64,000 nucleotides of DNA from Kudoa neothunni (Eukaryota; Animalia; Cnidaria): assembly GCA_964304625.1 (NCBI GenBank), contig OZ199839.1:2420093-2484092 (forward strand). The letters are read 5' to 3'. Below, piece after piece: positions 39,487-52,959 of this stretch (its first letter is position 1; the number at the start of each line of letters is the position of its first letter). The notes beneath the pieces were generated by a model, which worked only from the letters and a program-made list of their open reading frames with translations, ran no database searches and was not told where the DNA came from. A program made the position numbers and the translations under genes.

Positions 39487-41380
39487 TTACTGAAATATTT
39501 ATATGCAGAAAAATCACACATCCGGATTACGTCGAGTATTCTTAGATAATAAATGTTTTATTTTAAAGCGGCGGTTTAAAAGATCAATATTGTAAACTAC
39601 TTATGACTTTTATCATTTTATCAACAATTTAATAGGGATGAACCATTTTTTCCTAGTGGTTTTAAGAATCTCCTCTAAAATAAATAAGTCGAATCTCGGG
39701 CGAAGCTGGTTATCTCGTGATATTATTAAGTATTTTGATTAAACTTATCACGGTCGTAAAAATGATATTTTATAAAATTATGAGTTTAATTTTTTCATCA
39801 GCGATCTAAACGAGGGATTAATTTATTCGTTTAATGCTTCAAGATGTTCGTCTATAAAAAATAAGCCCAGTTGAAGTCATGTTTTCGCGCTAATGTATAT
39901 GGCGTTCTAGTTTAAATTTTTACATGCCAACAGACAACGTTTAATAAATATATTTTAAAAAGATCAATACAGTATTTCAAATTTATTTCTTCAAGTTTAC
40001 TTGCCCTGTTTGATCGCGTCACTCAATCATAATAATCGACAATAATAATTATGAAATAAATTTTAAAAAGCCTTTTTCTTAAAACATAACTATATTTTTC
40101 CAAAAAATAAATCAACTAGAATTCAATAAAATTACTAAAGGATAAAATTTAAAAGTAACGCCGCGGTTAAATACTCATACATTCATAAAAACTGATTTTT
40201 CATATACAATCTAGTTTTTATATTTTGGTAATATAGGTTAGGTAAAATTAAGAATTAAATTTAAGTTAAAAAAGTGCGTTTTACAATAATTCACACGCTC
40301 CAATGTAGATTAGTGTGTGTTCCGACTACGCACGAGTTTCAAATTATTGTTCGCAAGAATTATTTCCTGATAATTATAAAACGGAACGCACAAACTTGGG
40401 CACTCAATGAATTTTTTTGTGGTCCGCGATGAACCCTAATTAAGTTCAGATTAATAGTATGTTTCTAAATGAAATGAAAAAAAATTCGATTATTTAATTG
40501 CAATTGATTTATCTAGTTATTGAATATTTCGAGAATATCTAACGAAGTTATTAAAAAAATTTATTTGAGTTTTTTATTATATGCGAACCATTAAGAACGA
40601 AACATCAAAACACTCTAAGTAGGCCAAAAGATTTATTGCTATTAACCACTTCACTATGTGATATAGAAAAAACGTTTATTTTATTCGAAGTTCGTGTAAC
40701 AATATTAATTATTTCTCCTTAAGTGTGTATGGAGGAGAATAAAATCATACAGACATTTGGTGGATTTACGATTTAAAAATTCGCTTGACAATGCTGGTCC
40801 GAATTTTTAGTTTAGTTAAAATAAGATTAATAATTAAAGTACGTTTATAAACTATGTGAATTAAAAAAGTATATACATTGTGTGTAAAAATCAGAGTCTC
40901 TATAAGAAAAAAAATGAAACGTAAAATAAACTTTGACAAAAATGATAAACATCGTTTAGAGCCAATAATGAGCACATATTAAGTTAAGGGGAAATTTATA
41001 CTGCACTTCACATATATCCACGCAACTATTTTTCACACCCAAAATATAGCTCATCTTTAATTTAGGTTATTTCTATTCTATTACTAAGCTAAAATGATTG
41101 AAATTCGAAAAACAAAAGTAGATGATGAAACTCTAAAATTTAATGACGCCTAGACAGAAAAATATTTATTTTTTTTCAACAGGGACGAAGATTATTTGTT
41201 TGCTATGTCATTAGTTATTCAATTTAAAGCATTTAGTAAACTTATTAATTATGAATTATTTTGAATATGATGTTTCGATATTAGAAAATTTATCAAAAAT
41301 GTGAGTTATAACTTTAGTTTTAAATTTTCTGGCGTGAATGTTTTAGAAGGTTAAAGGACCCAAAAGTTTGTATACCACTG

Positions 41381-43374
41381 TTATAAAGCCTGTGACATCT
41401 GAAATACACCTATCTCCGCATCGTTTTCGTCACCAATATTTTTACGATTCTAATTAATAAAATAAATAAATAAATATGACGTGCAAAAAATCAGCTCCAA
41501 GAAATAACTTCAAAATATTCGCCAATCCCACTTCGAACGCCATCGTCCCCACATGTAATCTCCCTTATGTTTGCAAAAACTTGCCAATTTCATTATTTGT
41601 TACATATTTTAACTAACTTATTAGTTATATCCAATCACTTAAATTATTTTTTACATAATCTTTTGACCATCAAACGAGTTTAAATGTTCTATATAATGGT
41701 GTTTTATTTTACAGACTGAGCAAATAAATCTGTTCATACCCAATTGATGAAATATAAATTTGATTGTTATTTTTATGTTAAAACAAGATGTTTAATTTAT
41801 AAATTTTGTTGGTAAATATTTATTCATTGGTTAAAATCAACCATGCAAAATTAAAATATTGTTTTATTTTTAAGATTGACGTTTTAATGTGTCCATTATC
41901 TTCTACAAAAATTATAAACTATTATTTTTGTCATAAATAAAATACAGTAGTCATCAAAATATAAAATAGACGGTTATTAAAAATCTTGTAGATAAATCCA
42001 ATCAAGATGCTCGTACATTTTTAAATCATTTTCTAAACTACTGTCATTTAGTAAGTGTAAAAAATCTAAAACGCTAAAAAACATTTTGAAATATTATTTA
42101 ATAACTTATTTTATGTGATTAATTTTCATCAAATTATCTTCTGATATATTTTCTAAGTAGACATGAACATTTGCTTATTTTGCTATACGAATTATTTATT
42201 TTAACTAAATTTAGAAAACGTTATGTTTAAAAAATTAATATGTTTAATGAATTCGTAAATAACGAATATAATGTTGTTGGAATAGTACTTTCACATGTAT
42301 GTTAATCTCGATTAGTTTTAATATAGAAAAATAGACTAAAATGTACATATTTTCAAAGATAGCTTTGTAATAATCTAACTAAACTAAAGACAATTACTGA
42401 TAAAGTGTTGTTGACAAGATTTATTTCTTGACACATGATAAACCAGCACCATTCTTAAATCAAGTATTCCTTAGGACATAAGAATGATACATCCGTTCTG
42501 TAAGTACCTTATTGAGTGGTCGATCTTAACATCATCATACCCAAGCTCACCTATATCATTATAGGTTGGCCATTCGTCACTGGATATGATTGACCCTGTT
42601 GAATTTCTCTATTGATAATAGTATAGGCAAAATTTATTTATTTTTCGATGGGTGATTGGAAACCTTATCATTTTTGTTGGAAGATGAATGGATTAATTCA
42701 CGCACCAAAGATAAAATATTTTAAAAATTTTGATGTTAAATTTGAGACGGACCACCTATAAGAAAGTTTGATAGAAATGTTTCATATTTGAGGTAAATTT
42801 TTACTTTCTACTTAAATATGTGAAAGCATGATTCACATTATTTCTCTCATGCACAGACTGTTTAGATATCGGTCTGATAACATTTCTGTTCCGATTTCTC
42901 AGGATCAAACAATTGATATTTCTACAATTTTTGCAGCTGTTTTGAACTCTATGTATTAACCTTTATAAAAAATGTATAAAAAAATATTTCATAATCAATA
43001 ACGAACAAACAAAGTTATTATTGCTTTTAAACTTAGAAATTACAATTCGGAATAGCATATGATAAACTAAACGAGTAAATAGTTAATCCTGTTTATTTGT
43101 TGATGTAAAAAAATAATTAAAATGATTTGGTATAACTTATATGTTAAAATATGTAACTAATAATGAAATTGGTAAGTTTTTACAAACATAAAAAAGATTA
43201 CACATGGGGACGATGACTCTCGATGTAGGATTTAACTAAAATTTAGAAGTTATTTCTTGGAGCTGAATTTGTACACGCCATATTCAATTATTTTATTAAT
43301 TAGAATCGTAAAAATATTGGCGACAAAAACGATGAGGAAATGGGTGTTTTTCAGATGTCACAGACTTATCATAA
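41381..43374 (-). mobile_element. Merlin (IS1016/ISXO2-type) DNA transposon with TIRs of about 280 bp and a decayed transposase
   Basis: 41381-41660 is an inverted copy of 43100-43374. Minus strand 42490-42600 reads TGSIISSDEWPTYNDIGELGYDDVKIDHS (cf. GSxIxSDxWxxY...GYxHxxVNHS). Confidence 0.85.
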
Positions 43375-43517
43375 TCCAATTCCACTTTCGAGAATATATT
43401 TAAATTCAAAAAATAAACGGATATGGATATGCGGATTTTTAGGTGTCGACGAACTTACAAAAAGATGTGTTTTTGAACGACGGGTAATCACAACAACGCG
43501 CGCGCAAAAACATAAAA

Positions 43518-44755
43518 ATGACTGAAAGTTTTATATTCGATATTTGTCACTTATTTGACCTCACATTAATTAGGTAAGGATACAATATTAGAATTGATGA
43601 AATCCACAAGTGGAGTTAGCGGTGGATTCCGGGAGGTAATCGACCTTCTGGAAAAGAATCACATAGATGAAAATGGGACACCTAAGTCTATTTCCGACAA
43701 ACTATCAGATGTACTAATGTTGCATAAATTTATATACGTAGGATTTAGAATATTTCAATGCTGTCGGAAAGCAAGACCGAATATCAATGCAGTTTGACGT
43801 TGGTTCAACTAATTCAACAAATCAATCTCCTTTTTTTATCCAATTCAAACATTAACACCACGCACAATAACAAATATCAAAAGTAATACAACACGAAGGT
43901 GTGACATTAAATGTGTGTAGTTTTTGGATTATCTAAATCAACAAATTCGAAGGCATGATTCGGACATCCAAAATCCAATCGAATTGTCAAGCTCCGAGCA
44001 TGAGGTGATTAGGTTTTAGGTTGAAATAGTAGCCACTAGTATTTAGGAATTTGAAGAATGGATAACAACACTTGTGGCTGCTAACATCGAGACAATTTTA
44101 AAGAACCTTTGTGATATCAATGGAATTAAAAATTCTCTCCGTGACAACAAGACCGAAGGTGCTTTCTCAGATTATATACTCTATGTAAACTATTATAGAT
44201 GATAGTAAGAATCATCGCGAATTTGCCCCACCATTGAGTGATCAAAAAAGACTTAATTTGGAAAAAATTGCAGATACACTTTGGACACATGTCAATTCCA
44301 CCAATAATCAAATTTGTGAGAATAAATCCAAACTTGACGAACTTCAAGAGTCCAATTATTCAATTAGAACTCGTTTGAAAAACTCATTGTCTCATGTGGT
44401 AACACAGACCACACCCATTCTTGACGCCTTGTCAAAAAGTGATTCCTTCTATAAAAATATTCATCTGCACATTGAACACATGGAGACAAAAGTTGAGTAT
44501 CTACAACTTAAAATGGAGCTCACCAAACAAGAACTCTACAACAACACCTACGATGAAGAGAACCTAAAAGCGCTTAACAATGTCAAAAGTCAACTGGAAA
44601 GAAAATTGTATGTGGCAAAAAATAAACTAGCTCATTACAAACGCTCGTTAGACACATACAACAACCTTGGAGCCGATTTCAAAACTATATGTGACAAATA
44701 TACCGCTCTACAGAAACAATATGACAACAAAAAATGGGCTCTTGATTCGTTATAA
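43518..44755 (+). CDS. HAUS4: HAUS augmin-like complex subunit 4 (multi-exon)
   Basis: C-terminus TYDEENLKAL...LDTYNNLGADFKTICDKYTALQKQYDNKKWAL matches HAUS4 (SYEVLGEEFDRLVKEY...ENKRWAL). The 5' exon structure is approximate. Confidence 0.85.
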
Positions 44756-45950
44756 AAATGATGATAGATTAATTTATAAATATTGATACAATTGTTTTTT
44801 TTCTGCATACTCTTCTTTTTGATACATTTAATGAAAAGTTTAAAGCTAAAACATTGTCCATTTGAGTGTTATATGCATTTATTTTCCAAATTCATTCGCA
44901 TCCGTGTACTCCAATTAATCTCTCAGGGACACATCTAGCTTGGACTGTGACTGTACGGAGGTCTTATAAGTAGGGCGTGCAATTTTAAACGCTTTTATGC
45001 ATAAAGGAGATTATACACTGATCTGCCTAAAAATCTCTGTGCTCCCAAAACACAAAGCAACTTTACATGTAATATAATAAAATTATATTTTAATATAATT
45101 ATAGTAGGATAGAGATTTTTTCTCTCGAAAAGATGTTCTCTTATCCGAAAGATCATACCTGGTCTCCGAAAAATTTAAATTGCCATTGAAGACAACTACA
45201 GTAGGTAACCGATTTTCCGTAACTTCAGCGCGCAATAAAAATAAACCTATTTTAAAAAAATTAATTTCATTTATACAATCACCTATTTTTATTGAAACAA
45301 TATGTTATTTCTAATTTTATTTTTAAATGTGTACGTCGTAATTTTATGATGTTAACCCCATTATTTCGTCCAGATAATCAATTCCGTCTCTGTCTTATAT
45401 TTCTCCTGCATGTTTAAACATTTAAATGAATCTTTTGATGATATAAATTCTACCACTTGTTCATCTTCAGTTTCAAAATTAAAAGATTCAGTAAACAAAG
45501 AAGTAAGCTCGTCAATGTGTTTTGATGTAGGCCTAATGAATTCCTCTTGAATAACCTCGGAATTTCCAGCTTAGAATACTTTATTTGCTAAAATTAACGT
45601 TTGATGAACGCTCGCACTTGTTGGTTGCAGGAAACTCATATTTTCTGAAGCAGTTAAATACAATATCCTTTGAAACACCGTCCCATGGTTTTTTCGATTA
45701 GGAATAATGTTTATAGCGAATAAATAATAAATATACGAGTTATTAAAAAATGCTAAGGTATCGAACCGGAATGGATCAAAGACACACGAAATACCCTCTA
45801 ACACACAAACACAAACACGCACACATACATATACAATAAGCACAATGACTATTGTTTTAGAGACAATGCCAGATATTTTGGAAAAATTACAAAAATTAAT
45901 TTATAGCTACCTTCTGGTAATGAAAAATGTAATCAATTGTAGAATTCGAG

Positions 45951-48900
45951 TTATTGTCGGTTGGCGTCATTTCCGTTGTATGGTGATTGGTTTTGATGAG
46001 CATTACCAGGACTTTGATATGATTGTGTTTGAGATTGAGATTGAGAGTAGCCGTGAATTGAGTTATCCTCGTTGTAAGAGTAGTTACTATATTGAGGATT
46101 CGAAGAGGCCTGCCACACATTGTCATAATTGGATGTTTGCGTATCGTTAATACTAGCAGCAGGATTATCATGAACAGGTCCGTAAAAACTGTTGAGTTGA
46201 TGTTGATGCTGATTGGGAGCAAAAGATTGAGAGCCGAAATTTGTAGGTGGGGCGTTGTTATGGTTCAATAAAAAACTGGGGTTAGACGAATAAGATAGTC
46301 GTGGATCTGTGGAAGAAACATGCTGGCTGGAATAATACATATTAGGTATGGGGAAAGAACTGTTATTTGTGTTATGGGTCATATCAAATAGCCCAACTCC
46401 CATGGTTTGCAACCACACAGGAGGAACAGGTGGCATATTTGAGACGCTATATGCGATAGAATTTCGCGAAGAAAATGTATTCTCATCGGTCAACGAAGAA
46501 GAGTCTTCCTCGTTATCGTCGCCAGAAGATTCCAAGTAATTTGAGAGTACTTCATCCTCGGGGGTCGCCAGTAGTAAATGAATTTTCACTTTGAACGTTG
46601 CGGACAAATTTTCGGGTCGTCCGTAGAGTTCACGGTTGGTGCCTACAATTAATGACGCTCTCTCTGCTGCCATGTTTAACAGCTACACCTTGGCCATTAC
46701 ATAAACGTTTTCCACTCCTGATGCTAAGTTTGACATCGCTCTCGGTGGTGTTGTTTAAACGAATCCTCTGTGCCATCATTATTGGTAAGTATCACAAGTC
46801 TACAACACACATAATCATCAACCACCTAGTATGAATAAGGTAAGAGAGTACTTTTCTCGATAAAATTCACGTTCTTTAAGAAGTTCATCGATTTCTCGTT
46901 TCGAGGCACAATATTGGATCTAAGACAAAAATATTTTATTATTGTCAATCAAATCCATTACGAATAATTTCTGTTTTTCATGCTCCAACTCATCAATCTA
47001 AATAATACAATTAAATAAGAATATTAATTCACTTGAATAGGTTATTTGGTAGTTACTTTTTTCCGCAAATGTGTGACTTGACTTTCGTTTTCGGAGATAT
47101 AATCGTCGAATTTCCGCCTACCAATTTCAAATATAACCAATTTCTACACATGGAACTATTACTGTATAACTTCAGAAGGTTGAGAATTTTTTTGGCTTAA
47201 TTGAATGGTAAGTTCTCTATTTTTCTGTTTGAATTCATCGATTTCTCTATTCCAATATCAATCCACATATCATCGAACCACCATCAAAAATAAAAACTTG
47301 AAATAACGGTCAGCTTGTTGATTATGAAGTTTTTTAATTGAAGCTATTTCAACTTCTAAAAGTTCATTCTTCGCTGTCAACTCAATACAACCATCTTTGG
47401 ATTGTTTGTATTGTCGAATTAAAATTTTCTTTTTCTCCTACAATCAATTAAACATCATATAAAATCATTGTTGAATACCCTTTAAAGAGGAGATTTTTTC
47501 ATTCAACACAAAATTTTCTTTTTCATATGTAGAACTTCGAACATCAAGTTCATTATATGTTCGAAGCCACTGTTTAATACATAGATCAATCTACAATTTA
47601 CTAACAAATACGAAACTAAATACATTATCGAAAAATTTAGTCTTGTTTGATTTGTTGGCGTTATCCAAAGTGAAAAATGTTGGTAGATCGGTAGAACTTA
47701 TGTTGTTATCGGCAGGTGGTTCCGTGGTAGTATCATCAGCAATGCTATTGTCAGTCGGGAAAGAAGCGATTTGTTCTGCTAACAACTACATCGCCAATCG
47801 CCAATAGGAATTATTATAAACTACCGCAGTTATTTAACACAAAATTGAACCTTATTAGCGAATAACTGATTTTTATATAATTGGTTGGGTTTCTTCTTTT
47901 AATAAAGTTTCTTTTTTCAATTTTTCTTTTATTTTTTCACATCTATACAACAATAAAAACATAGAGATTAGATTTTTTTAGATAATCAATCTAACTCGAT
48001 TTGGGAGTCATTTTGAGCTTGTGCCATCTAACACAAATAACCTCAGAATTTGTTCAGTTAATACAAGCAAATAAATACATGATTGATTTGATTTGTTAAA
48101 TCAGCTTCAATTTGTTTTAGCTCGTTTAGTTGGTCACTGAATTCAGTATTTTTAGCCGAAACTCGCTTGAGATTTTCTTTTAGATCATTGAGCTAAAATC
48201 GCCAAATAATAAATGATTTAAACGTTTGTGTGTGCTCAGAATTGTTATATTAAGGAAGTTTATCATTTTTTAATTAGCTACTTTAAAGAATTTAATCTTA
48301 GATGAAACATTTACGAAACTAGCGATAAATAAACCAACTAATCTATAAGAGCAAATTACGAATAAGATAAGTATACTTTTTTATGCTTTGATTCTGCTTC
48401 TTTGTTGGCTTTATCGGAATTTTTGCTGAGCACCAAATTTTCTTGATTCAACCGATCAACCAACGCTTTATAATTGTTAACTTCGGTCTAATGCACACAA
48501 TTGTGAAACCCAAATAGAAAATGTTAATAGATCACTTCTAAATGATCAACTTGATCCATAGTGATAATCTCTCATTGTGTTGGCACTTTCTCGGTGCTGT
48601 CGAAAGTCTTCTTTCAATAATTCGTTCTCGTTACACATATTAGAGTGTAAGCCTTTCAGCCACTCTATTCGATTCCGTTGAACAATATTTGTTACTATGA
48701 ATGGAAAACACAAAACAATGAGGGTGTTGAATAACCGATGGAGAGAATTTACACTGAACAGCTTCACAGATTGGATCAGACTTTTTTGAGGATTGCCGAT
48801 CGTAACAATATCTTATCACGCAAATGGTGAATTTTATATTTGTGTACAAAATGAATATGTCAATCGCAACCAGAACCGAGATTTCATATATCTACAATAT

Positions 48901-49260
48901 CATAGAAAATTCACATAAAATCAATCCACCCCAACCAAACCATCAAAATATATAAAAAACTAATTACAGTTAAAGATTGGAATAATTTGTCGAAAAAAAT
49001 GTCTCCAAATACAAAAAAATCTTCAAAAACTGTCGAAATTCGTTTGTATGAATTTCCAAATGACATTCTCAATCTCCAAATATCGTTTACACCGAATCTA
49101 CACAACCGATACAGACAATGTACAAAAACACACCACATCTCATTGGACTAATGTAATACTTTACTATGGCGTTCATTTTTCTGATCAGTGGATGTGAACC
49201 TTCGTCTATCGACCCAGCAGATGGGGGGTTGATAGTGGTTACATTAAATACTGTCTCCAT
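45951..49260 (-). CDS. Multi-exon membrane-anchored coiled-coil protein with a low-complexity Pro/Ser/Gln tail; TANGO1/cTAGE5 (MIA3/MIA2)-like
   Basis: Hydrophobic segment near 48820-48890, many short coiled-coil exons, then EDSFKQ...HQEWK...MAAERA (cf. MIA3 ERSFKNQ...HENWLKARAAERA) and a PPVPP-containing tail. The gene is likely real, but its identity and exon structure are tentative. Confidence 0.45.
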
Positions 49261-51932
49261 CCTACTGAATAAATCGACGCATGCTCATACGAAATTTTTA
49301 TTATTTGTTAGGTGTTTATATTTCTCACATTACAGCTATCACAACAATTTTAGTATTTATTTGGTTATATAAAATTTAATGAGGTCAACAATGATAAAAT
49401 TACATCGAAAATAGTAAAAATATATTTGAAAATTATCTACTCGCTTAAATGAGATAGTAATATTTCACAGTAATAAAATCATTCGTAAATGTACGTTAAT
49501 TTATATATTTAAAGATAAATTATTAACAGTTAAAATTAATTGTTATTATCTACTGGAGGTGGATTTTGCGATAAAGATGTTTGTTTGTTATTGTGGATCA
49601 AAATCACACTTTTTACATCCACAAAGTGAAAACTAATCCATTCCATTATTAAATATTATCAACTAAATCCAAGAAACAATATTACAGAGGATCGATAGTA
49701 TTATTCCATCTTATCCATCAGGTGATGAATGATATTGGCAAGTCAGTGGTAACATGTTTAGATTAGTTAAATTTTATGATATTAAATTTTTATAATCAAT
49801 CAAGAAAATCATAAAATATCGTCATTAATAAGGATAAATATATGGTTGTGGACAGAAATTATTGTTTAGAGGATTAACAAACAAACCAACAAACTTGCGC
49901 ATGCATCCTCGCCATTTTAGTGTATGAGATAGCGCTTCATATTCCAAATCGCACTGTCATAGTGTTAATGATCAATTTAATTATATCATTCGTTTTAAAT
50001 TGAAAGCAAATGTCAATGATAAAATAATACTCGAACATTCATAATCAAGTGATGTTAATCTATTACTTAATTAAATATTAAAATTAGTTGTTTTACAATT
50101 CGCTTGAAGAGTAAAATTGATTTTTATTTACCATTAGAGTTTTTATAAGGTATTTAACTTTAAAAAAGACACGTTATTTTTATGGTAAAATTTAATTGTA
50201 CATTAATTTGCGCATGCGCATTATTTTAAATTCTAACTATTTTTCGCTGTAACTAGTGCGTGAGAATAAATATAGTCATAACTAATTTAATGTGAATATC
50301 ATATGATTATGAATTATGGTTGGGAATAGCATCTGTCAATAAATAAAGATTAGGTTTCGATTAATAGATAAGATATAGGAGTAGAATTTATTTTTCTCTA
50401 CAATACTCATTTTAAAGATTATTAACAGTATAATTCTTTTTTATTTTTGTCGCTTAAATTAACGGATTAAAAGATAAAGTCACTGCGGATTTTGGCCGAA
50501 AATTTTTTTAAATAACGAAATTATTCATACATCTATTATGGAAAATTAAAAAATATAACTTCAAATTCATTACTGTTTTTAAAATTCAACATTAAAAGAA
50601 AACAAAAGGGTCGTGTAAATTTGATTAATTCCATCTTGGGTCCACTCACGATGAATTATCGCATTCTATCTAGAAGGCTCTAATTTGATACTAAAACAAT
50701 TCCTATACTACTAACACGCTCTATTATTCGGAATGGAGATCATTTTAATGAAGAAATTTATGATTGTATTATAATTATCGGGTTGTTATCGTCCTATTTG
50801 GAAAGTTGATTTTCAAGCTAAGCTAAGCTTATGAATTATATTAACTAATTTATTCAAATGAATGCCCTATATAATTTTCATATTAATATTTAGGGATGTA
50901 GTCATAATCAAATTTCTTCAATTGATTAGTTTACTTCAACATTCTTATCATTATTCATTAAATGAAAAATTAAATACAAGGTTATATTTTAGTGGGCATA
51001 ATTAATTATTTCCCTTATTTAATAATTTTTGATTTTTTAACAATACTGTGAATTTAATTTTTCATATTTAAATTAATATTCATAAATAACTGTTTTGTTT
51101 AAAATGAGGTAGAAATCTATAAATCTCTTAAAATAATAATTAATAATCTCTTATACATGATACATGACTGCAGAGAATTGACATAAGATTATTATTCTTA
51201 TAATTTACCGTGTTTCACCGAATATAAGACCTAATGATAATTATGAGCTCGTTTATCGCATTACACCTAATAAAATACTAAAGATCTGGTTGTTATAAAT
51301 AAATTATATAATAAAATATCTCGTGAAATGTAGGTTTTATTGACCATTTAATAATACTAAACATTTTAAAGTTAACACACCCCATTAAGCACGATGATTA
51401 TTGGATTCGATTGTCATCTTATCGCTAATTTAAGAGAAAAAATATCATACTCACCGAATTAGTGTTCCCCATCGTATTTCATTTGTTCAAAAATTTGTCG
51501 ATTAAAAATTTGTTTTAATCCTTTTAAACAAGATAAATAAAGCAAAGAAAGTCACGTATGTTACAAAGACAATGACCTAATTCCCCCTTTATTAAATCAA
51601 CAAAAAATTTAAGATTTTTCTCATATTTGTTAAAAAAAAAGTAAATTAATTTAAGAAGTTTTTATGAATTCATTTTTTTGGATTTTGAATTAATCGAAAT
51701 TTTCTCTAAACTCAAAAAATTCGTACACTGCCTCTTTAAAGTATGCCATTATCCAAGACAAATCCGTTACGTTGTTTTGATTAAATCTCAGACGATTTAT
51801 AGGTCATAATCGACATCTCCCGCTTGATAAAACCATTAGTATGGACAACAAATATTAAATAATGAACATTTAATTAAAACATAATATCATCTATGGATCT
51901 TCAATTCCAACTATGAAAAAGCATTTTCCCAA

Positions 51933-52078
51933 ACACACACATATATATATATATATATATAAATAAATATAAATATATAAATAAATATAAATATATAAAT
52001 AAATATAAATAAATATATAAATAAATATAAATATATAAATAAATAAATATATATATATATATAATATATATATATATG
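51933..52078. repeat. AT-only mini/microsatellite (TA)n + (AATAAATATAAATATATA)n
   Basis: Seen directly in the sequence. Confidence 0.9.
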
Positions 52079-52959
52079 ATGACATAGTTTAGAATCAAAC
52101 TACCAGTGTCATTAGATCTGACATATTTTTAATTGTACTGAGTTATCTAATTATTTTACTCAAACTTTTATATTTATATTTTTATACATTAATAAATCTA
52201 AATTTATTCATATTATCGAATCATAAATTTTAATAAGATATACTTGATTTAAATATTGGAGTACAATAAAAATGTTGAAAATATTGTCAATGATCGGTTT
52301 TACGCATTTACTTGCGCATAGCGTGTAGTAATATACGTAGCTATTTAATTGCATACATTTAAGAAAACAAATAATTTTTTTTTCAATAAGAAATAAAAGA
52401 ATTAGTTGTTTTGGTCACCAAAAATTCGGCAAAATATTTAAATATACGTTCACCCACTGAGATCATGATCGGTCAATCTTTTTTGTCAAACTTAGATAAT
52501 GTTTTAAACTCATTTTAATAAATTCGAAAATGAAGATAATAATCGATTTTTGTCCAATCATTTAAAAAATTTTATTTATGTTTTTTAAGGTGTCATCGCA
52601 TCGAGATTGGATATGGAGGATATGTTTGGTGTTTTATAGTAACAAATAAAATTTGGCTGCTTTAGGGAAAATACTGTGGACGTATTTTATTATTTTATTA
52701 TTTCATGTTGAATTTGATTTTTATTCATTTCATTAAATTCTTTCGAATATTAAACAAAATTCATCTATTTTTATAAAAAAACGATCCGAAAAAGTTAGTA
52801 AATCAGTGTCACTGACCATATCTAGAAAATGTAAATAATGTATCCCGCTAATTCCGAAGCTACATTAAAACGTAGAATGGGAGGAATTAGAGGATTAATT
52901 TTTGGCAAGGGTTTGGCGTTAAAAAAATCAAAAATTTAGACATATAATGACATAGTATT

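Noticed and set aside
51891-52098. ORFs rich in Ile/Tyr
   Set aside because: They are translations of an AT-only satellite.
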